Positions 9,038 through 19,265 of a stretch of DNA of 64,000 nt are shown piece by piece; the stretch's first letter is position 1, and each line of letters begins with the position of its first letter. A program made the position numbers and the translations under genes. The stretch comes from Ktedonobacteria bacterium (GTDB taxonomy: Bacteria; Chloroflexota; Ktedonobacteria; Ktedonobacterales; JACDGC01). The stretch is taken from positions 456 to 64,455 of the forward strand of contig DAIDHM010000104.1 of assembly GCA_027459705.1 (NCBI GenBank). Reading direction: 5' to 3'. The notes below the pieces were generated by a model, which ran no database searches, was not told the DNA's origin, and worked only from the letters and a program-made list of their open reading frames with translations.

Positions 9038-11536
9038 ATGGCGAAACATCTCGTCATCGTCGAATCGCCCGCCAAGGCCAAGACGATTGAAAAATTTCTG
9101 GGCAGCGACTATGAGGTCCGCGCATCGATGGGCCACATCATGGATCTGCCTAAGAAGGGTCTGGGGGTGGATGTCCGCCACAGATTCTCCCCCAAATATA
9201 CCATCATCGAACGCAAAGAACATTTGATAGATGAGCTCAAAGCCGCCAGTAAAAAAGTCGATGACGTGTATCTGGCTCCAGACCCCGACCGCGAGGGCGA
9301 ATTTATCGCCTGGTCGCTCAAAGAAGCTCTGCACCTGAATGCTCCCAAACGCGCGGTCTTCAATGAGATCACCAAGCAGGCCGTGCGTAATGCGATTGCC
9401 CACCCGCGCCAGATTGATGAAGACCTCTTCAATGCGCAACAGGCGCGTCGCGTCCTGGATCGCCTGGTTGGCTACAAGATCAGCCCGCTGCTCTGGCGCC
9501 GGGTCCAGTCGAATACCAGCGCGGGGCGCGTGCAGTCGGTCGCTTTGCGCTTGATCTGTGACCGCGAGGTCGAAGTGCGCGCGTTTCAACCCGAAGAATA
9601 CTGGACGATCGCCGCGCGGCTGTCCAAGGGCGAGACGCCCCCCTTTGTCGCGCAGCTCTTCGCTCGCGTCGGCGATGCGGAGAGTGCCACCAGCGAGGAC
9701 GAGGAGGAGACCACGCGCGACCACGACCGCGAGGCGCATGAGCGCGCGTTGAAACTCAAGATCACCAATGAGACCGACGCGCGGGCGATCGTGGCGCAGC
9801 TGAATGGCGCGACCTATAAGGTCGCGCGGGTAGTGCAGCGCGATGTGCGCCGCCAGCCTTACCTGCCTTATACGACGAGCACGCTGCAGCAAGATGCGTC
9901 GGTGCGGTTGCGCTTCAAGCCAAAACGCACGATGAGCCTGGCCCAGGAACTCTATGAGGGCATCGAACTCGGCGAACGCGGCCACCAGGGTCTCGTCACC
10001 TACATTCGCACCGACTCGACGCGCATCTCTTCCGAGGCACAGACAGCGGTCAAGGAGTATATTCGCGCGCACTTCGGCGCGGAGTTCGTCGGCCCCGGTC
10101 GCGTAGGTCGCCAGAAAGCGACCACCCAGGATGCTCATGAGGCAATCCGCCCGACCGACCCGGCGCTGACACCGGATATCGTCAAGCGCTATCTTTCTCC
10201 CGACCTGTTCAAGCTCTATCAACTCATCTGGCGGCGCTTCGTGGCGTCCTTCATGATGCCCGCTGTGCTGGACACCCTGCGCGTCGATATCGCCGCGCGC
10301 GAATATCTCTTCCGCGCGACCGGTTCGACGGTGAAATTCCAGGGCTTCTATGCTGTCTGGCCGCGCGATGATGGCGACGAAGACACGCTGCCCGTGCTGG
10401 TGACGGGCGATACGCTGCAGCTGCGGCAGTTGGATCCGCGGCAGCATTTCACCCAGCCGCCGCCACGCTTCACCGAGGCCAGCTTGATCAAAGAACTCGA
10501 AGAACGCGGTATCGGTCGCCCCAGCACGTATGTGCCGATCATCTCGACCATCCAGGATCGTGGCTATGTGGAGCAGCAGGAACGCCGCTTCGTGCCAACC
10601 TGGCTGGGCGAGACGGTGAATGAGCTGATGGTCAAGCATTTCCCGGAGATCGTGGATACGAACTTCACCGCCGATATGGAACGGCGCCTGGACGATGTGG
10701 AGGAAGGCAAGCGCGAATGGACGGCCTTCCTGAACGAATTCTATGAGCGGCTGCGCGCGACGCTCTCCGAGGCCGAGAAGGCGATGGATAAGGTGCAGAA
10801 GCCGACCGAAGAACTCGGCGAGGCCTGCCCTGATTGTGGCCGACCGCTGTTGATCCGTATGGGGCGCTTCGGCCGTTTCATCTCCTGTTCTGGCTTCAAC
10901 GCCGCCGAGAATCCCTGCGCGTATAAGCGCAGCATCGTCAACAAAACCGGCGCAGCCTGTCCCAAGGATGGCGGCGATCTGGTGGAACGCAAGTCGCGCG
11001 GTCGCGGCAAGATCTTCTTCGGGTGCGCTAACTATCCGAACTGCGATTTCGCGGTCTGGAATCGCCCGTTGCCGCAGCCCTGCCCGGAGTGCGGTGGGCT
11101 GTTGACGCAGGCCAACGGCGCGCGCGAAGCGGTCTGTTATGGCTGTGGCGCGCAGGTGGCGGGGATTGCCGAGGGCGCCCCGGTGGTCACTGGCCACCGC
11201 GCCGTCCCGGAGTCGCAGGAACCGAAACGCCCACGCCGCGATGCCACCCGCGCGGAGGGCGAGCAGGCGGCCGCTACCGCGCCTGCCCGTCGCCCACGCA
11301 CCTCGCCCGCCGCCAAGGTCGCGGGAGCGGCCAAGACGCGGAAGCCGCCTGCCGCGCGCAAATCGACGGCGCAAGCCGCGACGACCACGACGCGCAAGGC
11401 CACGACCACCCGCAAGGCGGCGGCATCGACCACGCGCAAGACTACGACGAAAGCCGCGACGCGATCCACCGCCGCGACCCCGCGCCGCACGGCGGCGTCC
11501 AAAACACGGGGTGTCTCGACGGGGGTGGAGTCGTGA
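9038..11536 (+). CDS. topA: DNA topoisomerase I with Zn ribbons and basic C-terminal tail
   Basis: LVIVESPAKAKTI, DPDREGE, SAGRVQS, TYIRTDS, GIGRPSTY; C4 Zn ribbons. Confidence 0.98.
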   Translation: MAKHLVIVESPAKAKTIEKFLGSDYEVRASMGHIMDLPKKGLGVDVRHRFSPKYTIIERKEHLIDELKAASKKVDDVYLAPDPDREGEFIAWSLKEALHLNAPKRAVFNEITKQAVRNAIAHPRQIDEDLFNAQQARRVLDRLVGYKISPLLWRRVQSNTSAGRVQSVALRLICDREVEVRAFQPEEYWTIAARLSKGETPPFVAQLFARVGDAESATSEDEEETTRDHDREAHERALKLKITNETDARAIVAQLNGATYKVARVVQRDVRRQPYLPYTTSTLQQDASVRLRFKPKRTMSLAQELYEGIELGERGHQGLVTYIRTDSTRISSEAQTAVKEYIRAHFGAEFVGPGRVGRQKATTQDAHEAIRPTDPALTPDIVKRYLSPDLFKLYQLIWRRFVASFMMPAVLDTLRVDIAAREYLFRATGSTVKFQGFYAVWPRDDGDEDTLPVLVTGDTLQLRQLDPRQHFTQPPPRFTEASLIKELEERGIGRPSTYVPIISTIQDRGYVEQQERRFVPTWLGETVNELMVKHFPEIVDTNFTADMERRLDDVEEGKREWTAFLNEFYERLRATLSEAEKAMDKVQKPTEELGEACPDCGRPLLIRMGRFGRFISCSGFNAAENPCAYKRSIVNKTGAACPKDGGDLVERKSRGRGKIFFGCANYPNCDFAVWNRPLPQPCPECGGLLTQANGAREAVCYGCGAQVAGIAEGAPVVTGHRAVPESQEPKRPRRDATRAEGEQAAATAPARRPRTSPAAKVAGAAKTRKPPAARKSTAQAATTTTRKATTTRKAAASTTRKTTTKAATRSTAATPRRTAASKTRGVSTGVES

Positions 11537-12105
11537 AAGAGCGCATCCGGTCGACGACGATCATCGCGGTGCGCCGGGAGGGCGAGACCGCGCTGGCCGG
11601 TGACGGCCAGGTCACGCAGGGTGACCAGGTGATGAAGCGCACGGCACGCAAACTGCGCACGCTGCGCAATGGGACGGTAGGGACCGGGTTCGCGGGGTCC
11701 ACCGCTGATGCCCTGACCCTGTTTGATCGCTTCGAGCAACAGTTGGAACGGGTGAGCGGCAATCTGCGCCGCGCCGCCGTGGAATTGACCCGCGATTGGC
11801 GCACAGACAAGTACTTACGGCGACTCGAAGCGATGCTTTTAGTCGCCGATGCCGATCAGATTTTCGTGCTTTCGGGCGATGGCGATGTCATCGAACCAGA
11901 TGACGGCGTGGCGGCAATCGGCTCAGGGGGCGGCTACGCGCTGGCGGCGGCGCGGGCGATGCTCCGCTACACCGCGCTGGATGCGACGACCATCGCGCGA
12001 TCAGCACTGGAAATTGCCGCCGCGATGTGTATCTATACGAATGATGAAATAGCGGTTGTGACACTTGGACATTCCGACGCGCACGGCACGCCTTCACAAC
12101 CTTAA
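11533..12105 (+). CDS. hslV: ATP-dependent protease peptidase subunit HslV
   Basis: GTG start overlapping the topA stop; STTII, AGDGQVT, GFAGSTADA, WRTDKYLRRLEA, GSGG. Confidence 0.95.
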   Translation: MKERIRSTTIIAVRREGETALAGDGQVTQGDQVMKRTARKLRTLRNGTVGTGFAGSTADALTLFDRFEQQLERVSGNLRRAAVELTRDWRTDKYLRRLEAMLLVADADQIFVLSGDGDVIEPDDGVAAIGSGGGYALAAARAMLRYTALDATTIARSALEIAAAMCIYTNDEIAVVTLGHSDAHGTPSQP

Positions 12106-12162
12106 CTCTGGCGATGGCGCGATCCAGCGGATCGACGCCGCTCCATGGCAGAAGGGATTGGC

Positions 12163-13662
12163 ATGAAAGATCTGACCCCGCAAGCAATTGTGCGGGAACT
12201 TGACCGCTATATCATCGGACAGCAGCGCGCCAAACGCGCCGTCGCGGTGGCGCTCCGCAATCGCCAGCGTCGGATGAAGCTGGCCGAGGATCTGCGCGCC
12301 GAAGTGACCCCCAAGAATATCCTGATGATCGGCCCGACTGGCGTCGGGAAGACCGAGATCGCGCGGCGCATCGCCCGCCTGATCAGCGCTCCGTTCATCA
12401 AAGTTGAGGTCACGAAATTCACCCAGGTTGGCTATGTCGGTCGCGATGTCGAGTCGATCGTACGCGACCTGATGGATACCGCGATCCATCTGGTCCAGGA
12501 GGAGAAAGAGGGCGAGGTCCATCAGGAAGCGGAACAGCGCGCGCAAGATCGCATCCTCACCTATCTGCTGGCTCCCAAGACGGCGCGCGAGATCGAAGCG
12601 ACGCTGGGTGGCAATGAAGAAGCTCCCGAGGAGCCGGAACGCGCGCGTCTTGAACCAGCGCCCGCGCCGGTCGGGAAAGCCGCGCGCCGCAACGCTGGAG
12701 TGGAGACCGGCGGGGCCCTGATGACCGCGGCGGCAGCCCAGGTGGCCCCCGCTCGCAAAGATTCGCCGCGCGCGCGCGGCGCGGCGCGCAAACAGCGCAT
12801 CGCCGAGGCGCTGGCGAATCACCTCCTCGAAGAGCGCATGATCGAGATCGAGCTGGAGAGCGACGATGCGCTGGGGTCGATGATGGATTTCATGACGACG
12901 ATCAGCGATGATCCGGTCGAGATGATGCCGGGTTTCCTCACGACTTCGCTCAACGGCCATAAGCGCACCCGCCGCGTCTCCGTCCGCGATGCCCGACGCA
13001 TCCTGGCGCAAGAAGAGGCCCACAAGCTCATCGACTTCGACCGCGTGATCGAAGAATCAACCCGGCGCGTCGAAGAGAATGGCATCGTCTTCCTGGACGA
13101 AATGGATAAGATCGTCGGCTCCAAGGTCGACATGGGGCCGGATGTCTCAGGTGAGGGCGTGCAACGTGACCTCTTGCCGATTGTCGAGGGCTCCACGGTC
13201 ATGACGCGCTTCGGTCCCGTCAAGACTGATCATGTCCTCTGGATCGCGGCGGGCGCGTTCCATAAAAATAAGCCGTCGGATCTGATCCCGGAGATCCAGG
13301 GCCGCTTTCCCCTGCGCGTGGAGTTGGAATCGCTGACCGAGTCGGACTATAAGGCCATTCTGGCGCAACCCGAGAACGCGCTGACGCGCCAGTACGCTGC
13401 CCTGCTGCAGACAGAGGGCGTCGAATTGCAGTTCCGCGAGGATGGACTGGACGCGATGGCGCGCTATGCTCGCCTGATGAATGAGCGCATGGAGAATATC
13501 GGCGCCCGCCGCCTCCATACGATCATCGAGAAGGTGGTCGAGGAGGTCTCGTTCAATGCGACCGAGATGACCGGCCAGACGATCCAGATCGACGCGCGCT
13601 TTGTCGAGGAGCGCATCGGGCCGATCATCGCCGATGAGGACCTGGGGCGGTATATACTTTAA
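12163..13662 (+). CDS. hslU: ATP-dependent protease ATPase subunit HslU
   Basis: LTPQAIVRELDRYIIGQ, GPTGVGKTEIARR, GYVG, GVQRDLLP, ENIGARRLHT. Confidence 0.97.
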   Translation: MKDLTPQAIVRELDRYIIGQQRAKRAVAVALRNRQRRMKLAEDLRAEVTPKNILMIGPTGVGKTEIARRIARLISAPFIKVEVTKFTQVGYVGRDVESIVRDLMDTAIHLVQEEKEGEVHQEAEQRAQDRILTYLLAPKTAREIEATLGGNEEAPEEPERARLEPAPAPVGKAARRNAGVETGGALMTAAAAQVAPARKDSPRARGAARKQRIAEALANHLLEERMIEIELESDDALGSMMDFMTTISDDPVEMMPGFLTTSLNGHKRTRRVSVRDARRILAQEEAHKLIDFDRVIEESTRRVEENGIVFLDEMDKIVGSKVDMGPDVSGEGVQRDLLPIVEGSTVMTRFGPVKTDHVLWIAAGAFHKNKPSDLIPEIQGRFPLRVELESLTESDYKAILAQPENALTRQYAALLQTEGVELQFREDGLDAMARYARLMNERMENIGARRLHTIIEKVVEEVSFNATEMTGQTIQIDARFVEERIGPIIADEDLGRYIL

Positions 13663-13954
13663 CAGCACATCACCGGACAAGGGAACGGTCAAATCACCTT
13701 TCCCCTGTCTGATGGTTGCTCTGTCGGTCGTTGGGCGCCGTTTACAGGCTATGCTGTAAGCACCAATGCTCAGATGCCACGACCGTTTCAGGAGATCAAG
13801 GCAGAGCGTTCTCGCGATCACGATTGATCTCTGTTGGACATTCCGCTTATTCTATTGACAGCAGCCTGCAAGTTTATTACAATATTCCCATAAGTGAGGG
13901 CATCGCTGTATTTATTTCAGCCATAAATTATTTGTGATGGAGTGAGGTTTTCAA

Positions 13955-14467
13955 ATGAGCGCATCATCACATTCCACCCCTGCCCCTGGCGCCGCGCGGC
14001 GGCGTCCACACAAAACTGGGAAGATCACGCCAACGCCGACCCATAGTACCCACCACATCCCTATCATGGAACATATGACTCTGCATGCTAGCCGCCACCC
14101 TTATCGCGATTTGCAGCAAAAAGCCCAAGCAAATACGCGGATGCGCGTCATGCGTTTGGCCGCAATCATGGGGGGAAGTGTGCTTGGAATCGGTCTCATC
14201 GCGTATTCCGCATCGGCCAACAGCATACAGTTACCCTGCCCCGTACCAGTGACGGAGACGACCAACACGACCAATCAAACAGCACTCAATTGTACGACTA
14301 ATAATGGCAATCATTATGTCTGGATACCTTCAAGTGGCGGATGGGTGCAAAGTGATGAATACGGAAATCCGCTGCCAGGCGCGCGAGGCATTGGCGCGGA
14401 TAGTGGCAGTGACGGTGTGGGGAGTGGCAGCGATGGCTCTGGTCACGGTGGCGGAGACGCGGGATAA
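13955..14467 (+). CDS. Single-TM protein with Gly/Ser/Asp-rich C-terminal tail (YgiB-like partner of the downstream ligase)
   Basis: TM AIMGGSVLGIGLIAYSA; tail GSDGVGSGSDGSGHGGGDAG; stop directly abuts the next start. Confidence 0.7.
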   Translation: MSASSHSTPAPGAARRRPHKTGKITPTPTHSTHHIPIMEHMTLHASRHPYRDLQQKAQANTRMRVMRLAAIMGGSVLGIGLIAYSASANSIQLPCPVPVTETTNTTNQTALNCTTNNGNHYVWIPSSGGWVQSDEYGNPLPGARGIGADSGSDGVGSGSDGSGHGGGDAG

Positions 14468-15760
14468 TTGAACGGTCAGTCCGCGGTATTTGATTTACCG
14501 CAATATCGTACCTGGCGTCGCGAGTACTATAGTCGCTTCTCAGAGTTCTGGGGAACGCTGCCAGGTGAACCGATTGAAGAATACGCGATTTTAGGAGCGC
14601 TCAAACTGCCCCTGTCGCAGGTGCGCGGATTGCGTCGCGCCGCGATGCGGCTCTTGCAGCTCTTTTCGCGAGTGACGGCAACGTTGCAGCGTGGCGACGA
14701 TGCGGCGTTGATCGCGCTTGGCCTGGGCATTGGCACGCTGCCCTATGCCCGCACGATTATCGCAGCAATGCCACCTACGGTGGTTGGCCGCTTCGAGTTT
14801 GGGATGACTGCCCAGGGACCGAAGTTGCTTGAATTTAACTCCGAGACACCGACTTTTATCGTGGAACTCTTCCATATGAATGGCGCCGTCTGCGCGGATT
14901 TCGGGTTGCGTGATCCGAATCCAGGGTGCCAGGAGCAACTGTCTCAAACTATGCATGAGGCGCTCTTAGCGGGCTTGCAGTGGGTAGATTCCCACAATGC
15001 GGAACCGCTGGTGGCTTTCACCTCATACCGGGATCGACAAGAGGAAAGGATTACCGCCACATATCTGCTGTCCTTGGTGGAGCAGCGCGCTGATCGACCA
15101 TATCGCGTCACCTATGTGGGTCTGGATGAATTGCGGGTCGCGCCGCACGGTCTCTTCACTGCGGATGGACGCGCCATCGATGTCCTGTACAAATTGTATC
15201 CTACTGAGCATTTGGTGGAGGATGAGTCGCGCGATGGGCAGCCCGTAGGCCTGGGCTTGATAAGTCTGGTAGCGCGACGGCGTCTGGCGGTGATCAATCC
15301 ACCTGGGAGTTTTATCCTGCAAAATAAGGCGCTCATGGCTTTGCTCTGGGCACTACATCTTATACGCAGCCCGCTCTTCTCTCCACAAGAACATAATTGG
15401 ATCGCGCGTTATCTTCCCCCTACCTACCTGGGCCCTTTCGATCCTGCAGAGCCATTGCCGATTGCAGGTCCGTATGTGCTCAAACCAATCTATGGCCGCG
15501 AAGGCGTCTCGGTGGCGATTGTGGAAGATAATCACACGGTCGAGGTGAGTCCACAGCATCTGTATGATGCGCAACCAATGATCATTCAGGCATATGTGCC
15601 TCTGCCTACCACGACTATCATGACCGAACGCGGTCTGCTGGAAGTCCGGTTGGTCCATAATTGCTTCGTGTGCGGCGCTACAGCCACCGCGGTAGGCATA
15701 CGCGCGTCGCCGCGCCGCATCCTTGATGACGCCGCGTTTTTCTTGCCTGTCTGCATCTGA
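14468..15760 (+). CDS. Glutathionylspermidine synthase-family ATP-grasp ligase (YgiC-like)
   Basis: GRFEF...KLLEFNSETPT, YKLYPTE, QNKALMALLW, KPIYGREG. Confidence 0.92.
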   Translation: MNGQSAVFDLPQYRTWRREYYSRFSEFWGTLPGEPIEEYAILGALKLPLSQVRGLRRAAMRLLQLFSRVTATLQRGDDAALIALGLGIGTLPYARTIIAAMPPTVVGRFEFGMTAQGPKLLEFNSETPTFIVELFHMNGAVCADFGLRDPNPGCQEQLSQTMHEALLAGLQWVDSHNAEPLVAFTSYRDRQEERITATYLLSLVEQRADRPYRVTYVGLDELRVAPHGLFTADGRAIDVLYKLYPTEHLVEDESRDGQPVGLGLISLVARRRLAVINPPGSFILQNKALMALLWALHLIRSPLFSPQEHNWIARYLPPTYLGPFDPAEPLPIAGPYVLKPIYGREGVSVAIVEDNHTVEVSPQHLYDAQPMIIQAYVPLPTTTIMTERGLLEVRLVHNCFVCGATATAVGIRASPRRILDDAAFFLPVCI

Positions 15761-15978
15761 ATGGCTTTGGTGGTATGTCAGGTGGCGTGAACAGCGAGGA
15801 CTGACAAAAATCCATGCATCCTCCAGGTGATCATCTCGCCTACCCTTGCAAAGATATATGCGATCGCGCTGGTCGACAACTAGAGCCTGTTCCCCCCTTC
15901 ACCCATGGCATCTCCCAGCCGATAGAGTAACCATGGCATTATGCGTGACCGATATGCCTTGCTGGGAGGAGCAACCCG

Positions 15979-16542
15979 ATGCCCACGGAACATGGCTGGC
16001 TGATCCCGCGCTATCGCCCAGTGGACAAGGCGTCGACGATGCACCTGCCCGTGGTGGCACAACCCCAAAGTGCCGCTGAGCAGGCGTCGACGATGCACCT
16101 GCCCGTGGTGGCACTCCCCAACAGATCGGTGGATCCACTGGCGACTGGCCCGATCCCCCAGGTCATCGCCGCGGAGGCGACCATGGTTCTGCCCGTGGCG
16201 CACGTTGCCCCAACGACGGCGATCTTGCCTGCCGTCAAGGCGGAGCCGACCACCGCCATCTTGCCAACCAACGCCAACGCCGCGACAACCCTGCGCTCGT
16301 TTAAGCAAGCGCCGACCCACCGGCCTCTGCCAAATAAAAATGCCAACAGGACCACCTTGCGGCCTGTACCCGCGCACTACTGCTTTCAGTGTGGTCAGCC
16401 AGTGCCGCCATGGCGCGAAGACTGTCCGTGGCATGACCTGCGTCAGGGGCGTGGACTGCCTCCTCCTGTCCGGCTCATCCCCTGGGACGCCGGCCTCAGC
16501 CGCGCGCCCACCCTCCCCCTGCTCGCGATCAGTGCCGCTTGA
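15979..16542 (+). CDS. Hypothetical Pro/Thr-rich protein with internal repeat and C-terminal CxxC...CxxH
   Basis: GGAGGAG RBS; ASTMHLPVVA x2; HYCFQC...CPWH. Confidence 0.5.
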   Translation: MPTEHGWLIPRYRPVDKASTMHLPVVAQPQSAAEQASTMHLPVVALPNRSVDPLATGPIPQVIAAEATMVLPVAHVAPTTAILPAVKAEPTTAILPTNANAATTLRSFKQAPTHRPLPNKNANRTTLRPVPAHYCFQCGQPVPPWREDCPWHDLRQGRGLPPPVRLIPWDAGLSRAPTLPLLAISAA

Positions 16543-17596
16543 TCCCCAGCAGAATGGTCACCACCGGGATCAGCAGGATCCCGATGAGCGCGAGCCAACT
16601 CTGAGGTCGGGCGAAGTTGAACGTATAGCCATAGCCGCCGCGGCGTTCGACGAGCCAGGCGGAGTCCGCGGGGTTGAAATAGATGATGCCACCGATCCAG
16701 GCGCTATCTGGCATCCCATCGCCCCGGGCGGCGCTGGGATCGCTGCGCCAGCCGCTCTGCCCCGCGCGTACGAAGGCGACCAGCACGACGGCGAATACCA
16801 CAATCACGAAGCCCAATGTCATCCCCAAAACCGCGCCGCTCGGCTGTGTCCCCTGAATCGCACTCTTGGTCGTCACGACAGCAACGACACCGAGTTGCGT
16901 CAGGATCAGCGCTTTCAGGATGAAAAGGACGCGGATCATCGTGCGGCGTCCAACCTGACGAACGGAGGTACTCGCCATGCGTGCCTGTACCAAGAGCACG
17001 CCGATCCCGGTCAGTAACAGCCAGATGGCGAGTTGTATCCAGATAGGCAAGAAGGCGGAGGCGATCGATTTTGTGGCAAAACCATTGGCCTGTCCGTTGA
17101 GATCCCAGTGGATGGGGTAGACCGCGGGAAGGCCAGGGTAGAGCCACGCTATCGCCGCAGTGGATGCGCCAATGATGGCCAGCGGAACTGCCTCCCACCA
17201 CGGAGCGAGGTACTCCGCATAGCGACGTGGCACGAGTGGCGCCGTCCGCTCTTCACCGCTGCTGGGCAACGAAAATGCGAGGGCTTGGTGATGAAACAGC
17301 GTGTAGATGACCGTCTGTGACAGGGCGATAGCAACCGGCATGAGCGTCAGGATCAGAAGAGCTGCCTGGCCGGTGAAATAGATTGCCAATACCATCAGTA
17401 GCGCGCAGATGATGGTGGTCGCGACCACCGAGATCCTCCAGCGCGCGATCATCGCCCGCCCTTCAGGGTGCCGCTTCGTATCGGGCGCGACGGTGACGCT
17501 GAAGAGATTGTCGGGACGTTGCAGAGTTGGCAGCAACCATTCCATAATGGCGATGAAAGCGAGTAAGATGAAGCTTACGCTTATCAAATACGGCAT
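16529..17596 (-). CDS. DUF1648/DUF5808 membrane protein (SdpI-like immunity family)
   Basis: YPIHWDLNGQANG, YFNPAD..WLVERRGGYGYTFNFA; many TMs. Confidence 0.88.
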   Translation of the reverse strand: MPYLISVSFILLAFIAIMEWLLPTLQRPDNLFSVTVAPDTKRHPEGRAMIARWRISVVATTIICALLMVLAIYFTGQAALLILTLMPVAIALSQTVIYTLFHHQALAFSLPSSGEERTAPLVPRRYAEYLAPWWEAVPLAIIGASTAAIAWLYPGLPAVYPIHWDLNGQANGFATKSIASAFLPIWIQLAIWLLLTGIGVLLVQARMASTSVRQVGRRTMIRVLFILKALILTQLGVVAVVTTKSAIQGTQPSGAVLGMTLGFVIVVFAVVLVAFVRAGQSGWRSDPSAARGDGMPDSAWIGGIIYFNPADSAWLVERRGGYGYTFNFARPQSWLALIGILLIPVVTILLGIKRH

Positions 17597-17632
17597 AGAT
17601 ACCTCTTCTCGTCTTGAGATCGTTTCGAGCGA

Positions 17633-18043
17633 TCAACCCTCGTGACTCTCCGTATCGAGTTGTGGGAAGACGCTGGTGATGACGCGCCAGATCTCATGCG
17701 GTGTAAGACCAGCCAATAGCGCGGCCGTGCGCGCGCGGACAAGCTGTTCTCGCAGATCGTCGAGCGCCTGAGGGTTGGCGGGCGACCTGGGCGGCTCGAC
17801 CGCCAGAACCGTCGCGCGACTCCCCTGGCGAAGGCGAACGATGCCCTGGCGATCCAGTTCGCGATAGGCCAGTGCGATTGTATTCAAATGGACTCCCAGA
17901 TCGTGCGCCAGCTGGCGGAGCGATGGCAACTCTGAGCCAGGTGCGAGCCGACCGTCGGCGACGGCGCGTCGGACTTGTTCGACAATCTGGCGATAGATAG
18001 GTTCTTTACTGTGCATATCAATCATGATGAGCATCGCTTTCAT
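17633..18043 (-). CDS. GntR family (YtrA subfamily) transcriptional regulator
   Basis: PIYRQIVEQV...LPSLRQLAHDLGVHLNTIALAYREL. Confidence 0.93.
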   Translation of the reverse strand: MKAMLIMIDMHSKEPIYRQIVEQVRRAVADGRLAPGSELPSLRQLAHDLGVHLNTIALAYRELDRQGIVRLRQGSRATVLAVEPPRSPANPQALDDLREQLVRARTAALLAGLTPHEIWRVITSVFPQLDTESHEG

Positions 18044-18048
18044 GAAAT

Positions 18049-18069
18049 TATACTAGCATAATTAGCACA
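18049..18069. promoter_or_regulatory. YtrA-type palindromic operator upstream of gntR
   Basis: TATACTA-N7-TAGCACA imperfect palindrome immediately upstream of the gntR start. Confidence 0.6.
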
Positions 18070-18146
18070 GTTAGGCAAGTGGCGCGATACCCGTCTGTAG
18101 TGTTAGACTTGGGACAGAACCCGTCCATATGGAAAGGAATGATCAG

Positions 18147-19136
18147 ATGACTGAGCAGCTCAGCATCGTGACCGATTTCGGCTTCGACGAAGGCGACCTG
18201 GAGATCTTGCGGGCGGCCGTCGGGGATCGGGGTCATGTTGAACATTTCAACGATATCGCCGCGCTACGACGCGCGTTACCGCAGGCCGATGTGCTCTGCA
18301 CTTCACGACCCCCCGCCGACCTACTGGCGATCGCACCGCACTTGCGCTGGTTGCAATACCCCTATGGCGGCATCGATACTCTGCAACGTTCGGGGCTCAT
18401 CCGCGTCGGCCAACCATTGCGGATCACAACGATCAGTTCGGTGATTGCCGGGCCTATTGCTGAATATGTCACTGGGGCAATGTTGATCTTCGCGCGCAAA
18501 TGGGATGAGATGTTTCAGTTGCAGGCGCGCCACGAATGGGCGACCGGGCGTGCCTGGGGCGCGTTGCGCGGCGTTCCCCTGGAAAACCAAACCGTGGGGA
18601 TTGTGGGGCTGGGGGCGATTGGGCGGCGGGTCGCGCGACTGGGGCGAGCCTATGGTATGCGCGTGCTGGGGCTGCGCCGCAAGGTTAACCGGGGCGAGCA
18701 TGACCCCGATTGTGATGAGCTTTTTCAAAGCGAACAATTACTCGAATTGCTGGAAGCCAGTGATTATGTTGTCGTCAGCGTACCTCTGACCCAGCAGACC
18801 ACGAACCTCCTTGGCGCACGCGAATTGCGAGCAATGCATTCGCATGCTTATCTGATCAATGTCGCGCGTGGCGAGGTGATCCAGGAGTCCGCATTGATCC
18901 GCGCGTTGCAAGAACGCTGGATTGCTGGCGCGGCGTTGGATGTCGTGGTCGAAGAACCTCTGCCCAGCCATCATCCCCTCTGGTCGCTGCCAGGCGTGCT
19001 GATAACACCGCATCTCTCCGGGCTGATCACGGGCTACACCCGGCGTGTCGCGGAGCATTTCGCCGACAATCTAGGCCATTTTGTACGCGGTGAATTGCCG
19101 TTGTTGGACGAGGTCGATCCAGCCGACGGTTATTGA
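18147..19136 (+). CDS. D-2-hydroxyacid dehydrogenase
   Basis: GIVGLGAIG, LINVARG, GAALDV..EPL, TPHLSG. Confidence 0.93.
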   Translation: MTEQLSIVTDFGFDEGDLEILRAAVGDRGHVEHFNDIAALRRALPQADVLCTSRPPADLLAIAPHLRWLQYPYGGIDTLQRSGLIRVGQPLRITTISSVIAGPIAEYVTGAMLIFARKWDEMFQLQARHEWATGRAWGALRGVPLENQTVGIVGLGAIGRRVARLGRAYGMRVLGLRRKVNRGEHDPDCDELFQSEQLLELLEASDYVVVSVPLTQQTTNLLGARELRAMHSHAYLINVARGEVIQESALIRALQERWIAGAALDVVVEEPLPSHHPLWSLPGVLITPHLSGLITGYTRRVAEHFADNLGHFVRGELPLLDEVDPADGY

Positions 19137-19265
19137 TCCCTTGAGTAAACACGCGCTTTCCCGGACGATTGGTGCTATCGATCGCGGATCGCGCGTGTTA
19201 TAATCATCAGGAGTTCCCTCAGGAACGCGCACCCGTACTGTTCACGGGTTGACGAAGAGGGAGAC

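Noticed and set aside
11089-11532. N-terminal extension of HslV in the ORF track
   Set aside because: It overlaps topA; the real start is GTG 11533, just before the catalytic Thr
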